Assembly: GCA_035472275.1 (NCBI GenBank)
Contig: DATIPH010000031.1
Span: 14,983 to 78,982 of the forward strand
Reading direction: 5' to 3'
Origin: Solirubrobacterales bacterium
GTDB taxonomy: Bacteria; Actinomycetota; Thermoleophilia; Solirubrobacterales; 70-9
DNA length: 64,000 bases
The notes below the pieces were generated by a model. That model was not told the DNA's origin and ran no database searches. It was given only the letters and a program-made list of their open reading frames with translations. Positions 26,273 through 34,621 of the stretch are shown here, one piece after another. Positions within the stretch are counted from its first letter, which is position 1. Every line of letters begins with the position of its first letter. The position numbers and the translations under genes were made by a program.

Positions 26273-26791
26273 TTAGCCAAATAGCTCTTCGACCGAGCGC
26301 CGAAAGGACGGCGGGTCGATCGCGGGAAAGCGATATAGCTCTGGCTCGATTGAGTCGAACTGCGCGAGAGCATCGGCTCTGTCGACCAATCCACTGGCGA
26401 TCATCTCTCTCACGTCGAGCAAGTCCTGTGCGTGGCCCCGCTCTGCCTTGGAAAGAGCCTGGGCAACCGGATCGAAGTGATGGAACGAGATCGTGCCCTC
26501 TCTGCGAATGAAGGGACTTCGCTCCTCCCAGCCGTCGGTGACCGGAATGAAGTCAGATGGGGCGGCAAGCTCGACATTGAGGTTCAACCGCTCCTTCAGC
26601 TTCGGGATCTCGCGTAGCACCTCGTCCTGATCCGGGATCAGCTTGATGTCGACATCGATCGTGCTTGCTCGCCAGCCATTGAGCACCGCGGTCGCGCCAC
26701 CGGTGAGGTAGACCCGGCCCTCGACCTTGGCGGCGCGCCCGAGTGCACACATGAACTGTTCGATATGCGCCGCGTCCGCTAGGTCGCGCAT
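26273..26791 (-). CDS. Minimal nucleotidyltransferase-fold protein (TA-module-like)
   Basis: GRVYLTGGATAVLNGWRASTIDVDI fits the NTase pattern G[GS]-x9-13-DxD. The stop abuts the tRNA-Met 3' end. Confidence 0.65.
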   Translation of the reverse strand: MRDLADAAHIEQFMCALGRAAKVEGRVYLTGGATAVLNGWRASTIDVDIKLIPDQDEVLREIPKLKERLNLNVELAAPSDFIPVTDGWEERSPFIRREGTISFHHFDPVAQALSKAERGHAQDLLDVREMIASGLVDRADALAQFDSIEPELYRFPAIDPPSFRRSVEELFG

Positions 26792-27066
26792 TGGGCCGTT
26801 CGCTCGAAACTGACGAGCCGGCGAATCAGCGCGTTGTACGCGGAGTGAGCAGCATCGCCGGTTTCGCGCATCAGATGGAGATAGAGCTTGTGCTCGGGAG
26901 ATTCGATGGGGGAGGGCAGTCCAATGCCGACCGATCGCAAGCGACCCGCTCCGATCGATACGAGTAGGGCCTCCGTCGTTTCCTCGCCGGCGCTCAGATC
27001 CGCGATGCCGCGTTCAATCAGGTCACAGCCGGGAAAGGCACGCATGCTGTCGGGAACGGCATTCAT
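26779..27066 (-). CDS. Small partner protein of the nucleotidyltransferase (95 aa)
   Basis: Inner ATG 27066 of track ORF 26779..27561. Overlaps the NTase gene by 13 nt. The longer version would overlap the SET gene antisense. Confidence 0.5.
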   Translation of the reverse strand: MNAVPDSMRAFPGCDLIERGIADLSAGEETTEALLVSIGAGRLRSVGIGLPSPIESPEHKLYLHLMRETGDAAHSAYNALIRRLVSFERTAQCAT

Positions 27067-27216
27067 CGGTTCGAGAGTAGCGATCCGACGCCCAGCGGCC
27101 AGCCATTGAGGGCCATAAATGCTTTGTCCCGAAAGAGTTGGGCCGGTTGATGCCTTCGGTCCCAATCCCAACGATGGACTAGGGTCGTCGAGCGCAGTTT
27201 TCGCTGCGTCTAACAA

Positions 27217-27714
27217 TTGAGAGGCGGTCCCTTGGACCCTGTCGGATATGAGCTGTGTACTCCCGAAGGCGGTAAGGGCGGTGGCGTTCGCGCTACTCGT
27301 GGCTTCCGGATTGGCGAGACGGTGATGGTCGGGGTGCTTGAAGGCGAGGTTGCCCGCAATGACTCGCACGCCACCCAGGTAAGTCGCACTAAGTGGGCGA
27401 GGCATGGCGGCCTCGGCCCCAAGGTCAACCACTCGTGCAGTCCTAACTGCGGCGTTGAGCTGAACGAGACAGGCGCCTGCAACTTCGTGGCTCGGCAGTC
27501 GATTTCTGACGGCGAGGAGATCACCTTCGACTACGCGATGCGCAACTATTCGATCGAGCATTTTCCCGGCGGCTGTCTTTGTGGAGCAAGTATCTGTCGC
27601 GGTTCAGTGACCGGCTGGAAGGACCTTCCCGCCGAACGCAAAGCCGCCTACGGGGGCATGGTTGCGCCCTACCTGCTTGAGATCGACCGCGAGTTGGCAG
27701 TCTCGGTCGTCTGA
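27217..27714 (+). CDS. SET-domain protein (putative lysine methyltransferase)
   Basis: GGGVRATRGFRIGETV, NHSCSPNC, GEEITFDY and the post-SET Cys cluster CLCGASICRG. Confidence 0.8.
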   Translation: MRGGPLDPVGYELCTPEGGKGGGVRATRGFRIGETVMVGVLEGEVARNDSHATQVSRTKWARHGGLGPKVNHSCSPNCGVELNETGACNFVARQSISDGEEITFDYAMRNYSIEHFPGGCLCGASICRGSVTGWKDLPAERKAAYGGMVAPYLLEIDRELAVSVV

Positions 27715-27834
27715 GCGCTTCGAGTCTTGCTCGTACGTCCTTGCTGAACCGTTGGGCGGTTCGTTTGCGAACTGTCAGGTTTACGCAGAAGATTCTTATC
27801 CAAACTAGGTTATGGGTCTGGTCCGAGGTAATAA

Positions 27835-29082
27835 GTGACCGATCCGGAGCAAAAGCCAGCCTTCTACGAACGCCGCGGCTTTCAGGGCGCAGTCGCGGTT
27901 GTCGGCTTGCTTACCGCGATCTGGGCGCTCGTCGGGGCGCCGAGGCCATGGCAGGTGGCAACTGAAATCTCGGCTGCGACGGTGACGCTGACCAACACCG
28001 AGATTGTTCTCGACGCCTCGGCGAGCACGGCCGCACGGTTTGGGGCCGGGGGGACCAAGCTGCGGGCCTCACAGGAAGCGGTTGCCCGGTATGTGGCCCC
28101 GTTCAGCATTGAGGGGTTCGCGCTGCGCCGGGCCGGGGGAAACTGTGAAGAATCGGGCGACCTTGCCGTCGGCATGGGCGCCAACCACAGCGAAGACGTG
28201 CGGGATGTGGCGTTCGAACAACAGCCAAAAGGGAAGCTGAACCTCGCCAACGCTGTGCGCCAGGCGGTCGATGACTTCCAGACGACTGCCTACAAGGCAC
28301 CCCAAACGACGAACCGGATCGTGATCTTCACCAGCGGCGAAGACGAATGCGAACGCGACGCGGCAGCCGAAATCCGCGAAGCGCTTGCGTACAGCGAAAT
28401 CGACATAGTCACGATCTTCGCGCTGAATCCGTCGGCTACGGAAATGAAGCACCTGACGAGACTGCAGCGAGCGATTGCGCCGGTAGTGCACGCCACGCTG
28501 AGGACGCCCGAAAACAAGAAGCAGCTCGACCGTGTGGTCAAACAGGTCGCGGTCAAAGCGGCGAAGACGGCCAAGGCCAAGGAGTCGGCTGACAAGACGG
28601 CAGCCTTGAGGTCGAAGTCAGGGGGTTCTCCGCTCGGTGACAACAACGCCGACAACGGCGACGGTGGGCCCTCCGGCGGTCCGTCCGGGCCCGACTCGGG
28701 CGGGGACACCGACTCCGATGGGTCGTCGAGCTCAGGTCAGGCGTCTGATCTCGAACGCCGCCGGCAGGCGGACCGCAAGAAGCACGCCGGCGGAGGCGAA
28801 ACTGACACCGGAGAATGCCCCGGAACCGACGCGAAGGCGACCGGTGCCACTGGAGGGGAAACGACCGAAGCCGCGACCTCGGAACCCGAAGCCCAGGCCT
28901 TCGAACCTGAAACCAAGGCCTCCGAAGCCAACGCCGGCCAGGCAAAGCAGGAATGCGCTGGCGATGGCGCCGAATCGACTGAACCGACGCAGAAGAAGGA
29001 AGCGTCGGGGACGACCACGACGACGCCGGACGAAACGAGCTCGAGCTCGTCGTCGACGACCACGGAATCAGCCAGCCCCTGA
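27835..29082 (+). CDS. Membrane-anchored vWA-domain protein with acidic Ser/Thr/Gly-rich tail
   Basis: TM helix AVAVVGLLTAIWALVG, MIDAS-like VLDASAS, and IVIFTSGED. The last ~170 aa are low complexity. Confidence 0.65.
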   Translation: MTDPEQKPAFYERRGFQGAVAVVGLLTAIWALVGAPRPWQVATEISAATVTLTNTEIVLDASASTAARFGAGGTKLRASQEAVARYVAPFSIEGFALRRAGGNCEESGDLAVGMGANHSEDVRDVAFEQQPKGKLNLANAVRQAVDDFQTTAYKAPQTTNRIVIFTSGEDECERDAAAEIREALAYSEIDIVTIFALNPSATEMKHLTRLQRAIAPVVHATLRTPENKKQLDRVVKQVAVKAAKTAKAKESADKTAALRSKSGGSPLGDNNADNGDGGPSGGPSGPDSGGDTDSDGSSSSGQASDLERRRQADRKKHAGGGETDTGECPGTDAKATGATGGETTEAATSEPEAQAFEPETKASEANAGQAKQECAGDGAESTEPTQKKEASGTTTTTPDETSSSSSSTTTESASP

Positions 29083-29157
29083 CTCGCTCAGCTGATGGCT
29101 GCCGCCTACGTGGCGGAAGTGATCAACAGCAAGTGACCCGCCTGGGGTGACCAGCGA

Positions 29158-30792
29158 CTACTTGAACTGGAAGCTGGTCAGGTCCTGGCCGAAGGTCGGG
29201 TTGAAGATGACCTTGTCGAGGTCGATGTCGCTGGCGACGAAGGTCGCGACCGCGAGGTTGCCGTACGGGGCCCAGGGAGCTTCTTCCATGTAGCTCTTGT
29301 CGAGCGCCGCATATTCAGCCTCCTGCTTGGGCCCGAGCTGCTGCGTCCGCAGCTGGTCGATCTTCGCGTTCAGCGCCGGCACGTCGATCTGCGGCCAGTT
29401 GGTGTTGTTGGTCTGAGCGATACTGGCGCCGTCGAGCAGCGGCTGGAAGAAGTCGTTGGGGTGGGGGTAGTCCTCGAACCAGTTGCCGAAGCCGGTGTCG
29501 AGGTCCGGGGTCGAGGTATTGCCGACGAGCGTGAAGTAGTTGTCGGAGTTGACGATTTTCAACTTCGTTTCGAAGCCGAGTTCCTTGAGGATGCCCTCGT
29601 AGTATTCGCCCGCTTCGTTGTTGGGGCTTTCGGTGTCGGTCCAAACCGTGATCTGGCGGTCCGCCGGGTTGGCTTTGGCGATCATTTCCTTCGCCTTCGC
29701 CATCTCGTGCGGGTAGAGCTCGAATTTCTCGTAGCCCGGCATCCCGGGCGGCAGGATCTGCTGGGTTGGCTTCAGTTGGCCGGCGTAGATCCGTTCCAGC
29801 GCCCGCGAATCGACCGCGTAGTTGACCGCCCGGCGCACTTCGGGGTCGTCGAACGGCGCCTGCTGCGTGTTCATCCAGAAGTAGTAGGTGTTGATCTGCG
29901 GCTCGACCCGGAACTGGGTGCCCTCGAACTTGCTGCGGACCTCGGCGATCCGGTCGGCCGGCGGCGGGTTCTGCATCCAGTCGTAGCGGCCCTGTTCGAC
30001 GTCGTTGACCTGGGTCGAGGGGTTGCGGATGACGGTGACGTCGATCTTGTCGACGTGGCCGCTCGGCAGATCGGGCATCAGCTTCGCGTTGTTTGGCAAC
30101 CACTGCGGATTGCGTTCGTATTCCCAACCACGGCCGGGCTGGGACTTGACGATTGCGTATGGGCCGGTGGCGGGCGGGGGGTCGGCGGAGAGGTCTTCGA
30201 TCGGCGTGCTCGGCGGCAGCGGCGCGACGTACATCAGCCCGAGCTCGTTGGTGAAGGTGCCGCGCGGTTCGACCAGGTGGATGACGATTTCGCCGGTCTT
30301 GTCGTCGGTCTCGATCCCCGGGATCCCGCCCTGCTTGGTTTCGAGGAATTCTTCGGCGCCGACGATGTCGGTGTAGAAGTAGGAGCCGCCGGAGTTGAGC
30401 TTCAGCATCCGTTCGACCGCGAAGGTGAAGTCGGAGGCGCGGACCGGGGTGCCGTCGGAGTACTTGAGGCCCTTGCGCAGGAAGAGCGTGTAGGCCTTGC
30501 CATCGTCGGTCACCTTCGGCAGCGCTTTCGCCAGCCCGGGGACGACCTGGCTGCCCGCCTCACCGCTGGCGTGCGCGTAGGTCAGCAGCGGGATGTAGGT
30601 GTTGTACATCGCCGTGAAGCCTTCGGTGTCGTAGGCGAGCGCCGGGTCGAGGTAGGCGGGGAACGAGGCGTAGGTGGCCCGCAGGGTTCCGCCCTCGCGG
30701 CCGTCCGACGACGAACCGCCGCAGGCGGTGAGGCTGAGCGTGATCGCGACCAGGACTGCGGTCGCAGCGATGAGGGCGAGCGGTCGTTTCAT
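29158..30792 (-). CDS. ABC transporter substrate-binding lipoprotein (family 5, peptide/nickel type)
   Basis: MKRPLALIAATAVLVAITLSLTACGG lipobox and a family-5 SBP-like body. Start at ATG 30792, not the track start at 31263. Confidence 0.85.
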   Translation of the reverse strand: MKRPLALIAATAVLVAITLSLTACGGSSSDGREGGTLRATYASFPAYLDPALAYDTEGFTAMYNTYIPLLTYAHASGEAGSQVVPGLAKALPKVTDDGKAYTLFLRKGLKYSDGTPVRASDFTFAVERMLKLNSGGSYFYTDIVGAEEFLETKQGGIPGIETDDKTGEIVIHLVEPRGTFTNELGLMYVAPLPPSTPIEDLSADPPPATGPYAIVKSQPGRGWEYERNPQWLPNNAKLMPDLPSGHVDKIDVTVIRNPSTQVNDVEQGRYDWMQNPPPADRIAEVRSKFEGTQFRVEPQINTYYFWMNTQQAPFDDPEVRRAVNYAVDSRALERIYAGQLKPTQQILPPGMPGYEKFELYPHEMAKAKEMIAKANPADRQITVWTDTESPNNEAGEYYEGILKELGFETKLKIVNSDNYFTLVGNTSTPDLDTGFGNWFEDYPHPNDFFQPLLDGASIAQTNNTNWPQIDVPALNAKIDQLRTQQLGPKQEAEYAALDKSYMEEAPWAPYGNLAVATFVASDIDLDKVIFNPTFGQDLTSFQFK

Positions 30793-30877
30793 GTGACCCA
30801 GTCGCCTCTCGACAGGGACGGCTGGGGACTTTAATACTGCCGGCTTTCTGTCGGCGCCCGGCAGGTAGGGGTGCAGG

Positions 30878-31729
30878 TCAGGTGGATCGGAGGCGGAGCG
30901 CCGTCTTTTCGAGGATCCCTCGAACGTGCCCCGGCTGGTGCTTGACCTGCCAGTGGGAGAAGCGCAGCGGGGTGAGGCCAGACGCGGTGTGGAGCTGAAA
31001 GCGCAAGGCGTCTCGGGTCTGGGCTGAGGGAGTGCGGTGATAGCGCCACCCGTCGGTCTCGACCACCAGGCCGAGTGAGGGCCAGAAGAAATCGACCTCG
31101 AATTTGTCGTGGAGGCGGACTTTGGTGAGCTCGACGGGGATTCCGGCGGAAGCGGCGATCGGGCGGAAAAGGAGTTCCAATTCCTGGTCTGAGAGGCGGA
31201 AGGTGTCTTTGTCGAGGACCTTGCGCAGGCGCTTGACTCCGGGCTCGCCGGAATAGCCATCAAGCGCCTTGCGCAGCGCGTCGGGGTCGATCAGGTCGCG
31301 CTTGTCGGCCTCGTTGACGGCACGCTCCACTCGGTTGGGCGGTTCCAGGGTGGCGTAGTCGAGCAGGGTGCGGACCGGGGAGGTGACGCCAATCCGGTGC
31401 AGGGTGCCGACGTCATCGCTGGGTAGGGAGAGGCGGCGGTGGACCTTCACGCCGCTGCGGTGGCGTGAGGTGCGCTGGATCACGCTGACTTCGATCAAGC
31501 CATCCCGCTCTTCACCGATCCGATAAAGCGCGGTCGCGCTGCGGTGGCTGAGGTACGCACCTTCCCCGCAGGCCAGAAGCGCCGCCATCCATCTCCCCTC
31601 GGGGGAGAGATCTCTCCTGCCGACGGCGTAGACACCTGCATGGATGGGGTGCAGCCTTCCGCGTTGGATCCTCTGCTCGATCACCTTGGTGGTGAGCCCG
31701 AGCGCCAACAGCTGCCGGCGTGAGACCAC
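30878..31729 (-). CDS. AbiEi-like N-terminal wHTH fused to a DUF559/Vsr-like endonuclease-fold domain
   Basis: VSRRQLLALGLTTKVIEQRIQRGRLHPIHAGVYAV (AbiEi_4-like) and C-terminal VDFFWPSLGLVVETDGWRYH (DUF559-like). Confidence 0.7.
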   Translation of the reverse strand: MVSRRQLLALGLTTKVIEQRIQRGRLHPIHAGVYAVGRRDLSPEGRWMAALLACGEGAYLSHRSATALYRIGEERDGLIEVSVIQRTSRHRSGVKVHRRLSLPSDDVGTLHRIGVTSPVRTLLDYATLEPPNRVERAVNEADKRDLIDPDALRKALDGYSGEPGVKRLRKVLDKDTFRLSDQELELLFRPIAASAGIPVELTKVRLHDKFEVDFFWPSLGLVVETDGWRYHRTPSAQTRDALRFQLHTASGLTPLRFSHWQVKHQPGHVRGILEKTALRLRST

Positions 31730-31789
31730 ACCGTGCTGGCGCCGCGCGAGCGCCCAAGCCGCAGCGCTCCTCCCGCGTCCCTCGCTCCT

Positions 31790-31835
31790 CGTTGGCGATC
31801 TTTTACCCGCTATAGGGGGTAGGAAGTCGCCAACG
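31790..31835. repeat. 46-bp palindromic element, copy A (intergenic)
   Basis: CGTTGGCGATCTTTTACCCGCTATAGGGGGTAGGAAGTCGCCAACG. Its arms are mutual reverse complements at 18/23 positions. It matches copy B at 52604-52649 in reverse orientation. Confidence 0.8.
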
Positions 31836-31854
31836 GGGGAGATTCTCCCTTCTG

Positions 31855-32793
31855 TTAGGTGATCGTCAGCGTGAAGCGGGCCTTGAAGGTCTCTTCGGGG
31901 GCGACGAGGGGCAGGTCGTGGCCGCTGCGCAGGGCGTCGGCGGGGGCGGTCATCGGCTCGAAGGCGATCACGTCGTCCTCGGCGGGGGCGTAGACCTGGG
32001 AGTAGCGGTAGCCCTCGCCGAGGCGCAGCTCGAGCCGGCGTCCGCCGCCGGCGAGGACGAAGGGCGCTCCGTCCGGCGGGGCGCGAAAGGCGTCGTCGAA
32101 GGTCCTGGCGCCAAGCGGCCCGGGAGCGACCTCCACCGGGTCGGTCCTGCCGGTGGGGAGCATCCGCTCGTCGAGCAGGAGCCGCTCAGTGACCGGGATT
32201 TCTAGCTCCCAGGCGTCGCGGGGGACGTCCGGCAGTCGCAGGTAGGGATGGAAGCCGAAGGCGACCGGCACGCTGACCTCGCCGCTGGGGCGGATGCTGA
32301 TCGCGATCGTCAGCTTGGGCCCGTCGAGCGTGGCCTCGTAGCCGATCTGGTGCGGGAAGGGAAAGGCTTCGATCAGGAGGGGCTGGGCGGAGAAATCGAA
32401 GCGGGCCGCGAGGACGCCGCCGTCGGCGCTCGTCTCGTGGCGCTCCACCTGCCAGCCTGCGGCGCCAGCGAGGAGACCGTGCATTGGCAGGCCGGCGGCG
32501 TCGGTGGCAAGGCGCAGGTCGGGCAGCTCGAGATCGACCGTGCCTCCCGCAACCTCGAAACGCCGGCCGCCGAGCCGATTCGCCCACGGGTAAAGCAACG
32601 GGATCCCCATCGTCTTACCGGCCTCCAGATAGGGGCGCAGGCCACCGCGCTGGCCGAGTAGCTCCTCGCCACGGTGGCGCAGCGAGCAGCCGATCATCCC
32701 GCCGCCCGGCGCGAAGGCGACCTCGACGCCGCCCGCCGCCTCGCTGCTCAGGGTCAGTGCCCGCACGCCCTCGACCTCGCGTTCGCCGATCAC
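31855..32793 (-). CDS. Aldose 1-epimerase family protein
   Basis: GIPLLYPWANRL and AFGFHPYLRLP are typical of the mutarotase-like family. Confidence 0.8.
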   Translation of the reverse strand: MIGEREVEGVRALTLSSEAAGGVEVAFAPGGGMIGCSLRHRGEELLGQRGGLRPYLEAGKTMGIPLLYPWANRLGGRRFEVAGGTVDLELPDLRLATDAAGLPMHGLLAGAAGWQVERHETSADGGVLAARFDFSAQPLLIEAFPFPHQIGYEATLDGPKLTIAISIRPSGEVSVPVAFGFHPYLRLPDVPRDAWELEIPVTERLLLDERMLPTGRTDPVEVAPGPLGARTFDDAFRAPPDGAPFVLAGGGRRLELRLGEGYRYSQVYAPAEDDVIAFEPMTAPADALRSGHDLPLVAPEETFKARFTLTIT

Positions 32794-32852
32794 GGCGCCA
32801 GTACATCACGCAGGGCCGCTTAACCGGAGCCGAAGTCGGGAACCAGGAGACC

Positions 32853-33722
32853 ATGCTCGCCGTCGGGTTGCTCTGTGGGATCGCCGCCTCCGTGCTGTTC
32901 AACGTCGGCATCGCCTTGCAGGCGGTCGAGGCGCGGGAAGCCCCGCCGGAGGATGGCCTGCGGGTCTCGCTGCTCTACGGCCTGCTGCGGCGGCCACGCT
33001 GGATCGCCGGTCTCCTGCTCGGCGCGCTCGGCGTCCCGTTCGAGGTCGTCGCCTTCGCCAGCGCCCCCTTCGTCGTGGTCGAGCCGATCCTCGCCTGCGG
33101 CCTCCTGGTCCTGCTCGCGGTGGGCGTGCGGCTGCTCGGCGAGCGCCCCAGCGTCACCGTCGTCCTTGGCGTCGTCGCGATCATCGCCGGCACCGCTCTG
33201 GTCGCCTGGGGGGCGCCGCCGCACGCCGAGCAGCACCGCGGTCCAGCCGCGGTCGTCGCTGTGATGGCGCTACTCGTCGGTGCCTCGCTCGTGCCCTTCG
33301 CCCTGCGGGGCACGCGCTGGGACAACGCCCTCGTACCCAACCTCGGCTCCGCCTGCGGCTTCGCCGCAACCAACGTGGCGGCGAAGCTGCTGGCCGACGA
33401 CCTCGGGAGCAGCCACTATCCGGTGGCGGTCGGCTGGCTGACGGTCGCCGCCTTCGCCGGCGTTGCCGCGACGATCACCGGGATGACGGCATTGCAGCGG
33501 CGGCCGGCGACCACCGTGGTGCCGATCTCGACCGCGGTCCAGACCTTCCTGCCGGTGGCGCTCGAGCCCCTGTTCCTGATCGAGAGCTGGCGTGCGGCCG
33601 AGCTCGGCGGCGGCGTGCTGTTCGCCGGCCTCCTCGTCCTCCTGCTCGGCACCGTGCTTGTCGCCCGCACCCGTTCGGTCAGCACCCTGACCGCCGGCGA
33701 GCCGGCAATCGAGCCGCCCTGA
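32853..33722 (+). CDS. Polytopic membrane transporter-like protein (DMT/NIPA-like)
   Basis: About 9 hydrophobic helices. AGGAGA Shine-Dalgarno before ATG 32853. The track start at 32484 lies antisense to the epimerase gene. Confidence 0.6.
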   Translation: MLAVGLLCGIAASVLFNVGIALQAVEAREAPPEDGLRVSLLYGLLRRPRWIAGLLLGALGVPFEVVAFASAPFVVVEPILACGLLVLLAVGVRLLGERPSVTVVLGVVAIIAGTALVAWGAPPHAEQHRGPAAVVAVMALLVGASLVPFALRGTRWDNALVPNLGSACGFAATNVAAKLLADDLGSSHYPVAVGWLTVAAFAGVAATITGMTALQRRPATTVVPISTAVQTFLPVALEPLFLIESWRAAELGGGVLFAGLLVLLLGTVLVARTRSVSTLTAGEPAIEPP

Positions 33723-33816
33723 GCGGCCGAATTGACGCCTCGATCGAACCCTCACCAAACACACTGTCCACTTACGGTCGGCGAGCCGTTGACCGAAGTG
33801 AGAAAGTTGAGCGTGG

Positions 33817-34617
33817 ATGGCGCAGTGGAACAACGGCAAGCGTTTCGATGGCCGGGTTGCGATCGTCACCGGCGCCGGTGGCGCCCTCGGCGGCGCCGTC
33901 GCCCGCGCGCTCGGCCGCGAGGGGGCGACCGTCGCGCTTGGCTACCGCAGCTCGGAGGACTCGGCCCGGGCAGCGCTGGCTGACGCCGAGGCCGCCGGCG
34001 GGCGGGGACACATCGCCCCGCTCGAGGTGACCGACGCCGATTCGGTCGCCGACTTCGTCGCCGGCGTCGCCGAGCGCTACGGCCGGATCGACGTCGTCGT
34101 CAACGCCGCCGGGCGCATCGACCCCGCGGACGCCGTTCGCTTCGAGGCCTCCGACGCGGGCGCCTTCGCGCAGCTGCTCGACGTCGACCTGCTCGGCAGC
34201 TTCCGGGTCTGTCGGGCGGCCGCCCCGCACCTGCGCGCAACCGGCAACGGCGCGATCGTCAACTTCTCCGGCTCTTACGGCAACGGCACCGTCCAGGAGA
34301 ATGTCGTCAACTCGGTCGCCGTCACCTACTGCGCGGCCAAGGGCGGGGTCCGCGCCTTCACCTCCGCCCTGGCCCGCGACCTGGCGCCAGAGGTCCGGGT
34401 CAACGCCGTCGCCCCGGGGCCGATCGCGGCCAACTGGGAGGACGACTGGGAGATCCCGCAGGAGCACGTTGACCAGGCGCTGGCGATGACGCCGCTGGGG
34501 CGGATGGGCAAGCCGGAGGAGATCGCCGAAACCGTCCTCTACCTCGCTTCCGACGGGGGCGGCTACACGACCGGCCAGGTGCTCGAGGTCAGCGGCGGCT
34601 GGATCCTCGACGGGTGA
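33817..34617 (+). CDS. SDR-family oxidoreductase (FabG-like)
   Basis: VAIVTGAGGALGGAVA and YCAAKGGV motifs. Confidence 0.85.
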   Translation: MAQWNNGKRFDGRVAIVTGAGGALGGAVARALGREGATVALGYRSSEDSARAALADAEAAGGRGHIAPLEVTDADSVADFVAGVAERYGRIDVVVNAAGRIDPADAVRFEASDAGAFAQLLDVDLLGSFRVCRAAAPHLRATGNGAIVNFSGSYGNGTVQENVVNSVAVTYCAAKGGVRAFTSALARDLAPEVRVNAVAPGPIAANWEDDWEIPQEHVDQALAMTPLGRMGKPEEIAETVLYLASDGGGYTTGQVLEVSGGWILDG

Positions 34618-34621
34618 TGGG

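Noticed and set aside
27067-27561. Long version of ORF 26779..27561
   Set aside because: It would overlap the motif-rich SET-domain gene antisense. The inner ATG 27066 gives a compact partner for the overlapping nucleotidyltransferase gene.
28600-29082. Repetitive Ser/Thr/Gly/Glu-rich coding stretch, considered as a possible tandem DNA repeat or CRISPR-like array
   Set aside because: There are no regular direct repeats or spacers. This is the low-complexity C-terminal tail of the vWA protein. No CRISPR-like periodic repeats were seen anywhere in the window.
30793-31263. Upstream extension of the substrate-binding protein ORF (the same problem affects 55913..56689 of ORF 55064..56689)
   Set aside because: The extensions overlap neighbouring real genes. 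The mature proteins start with an obvious signal peptide (MKRPLALIA..) or a first TM helix (MITASIF..).
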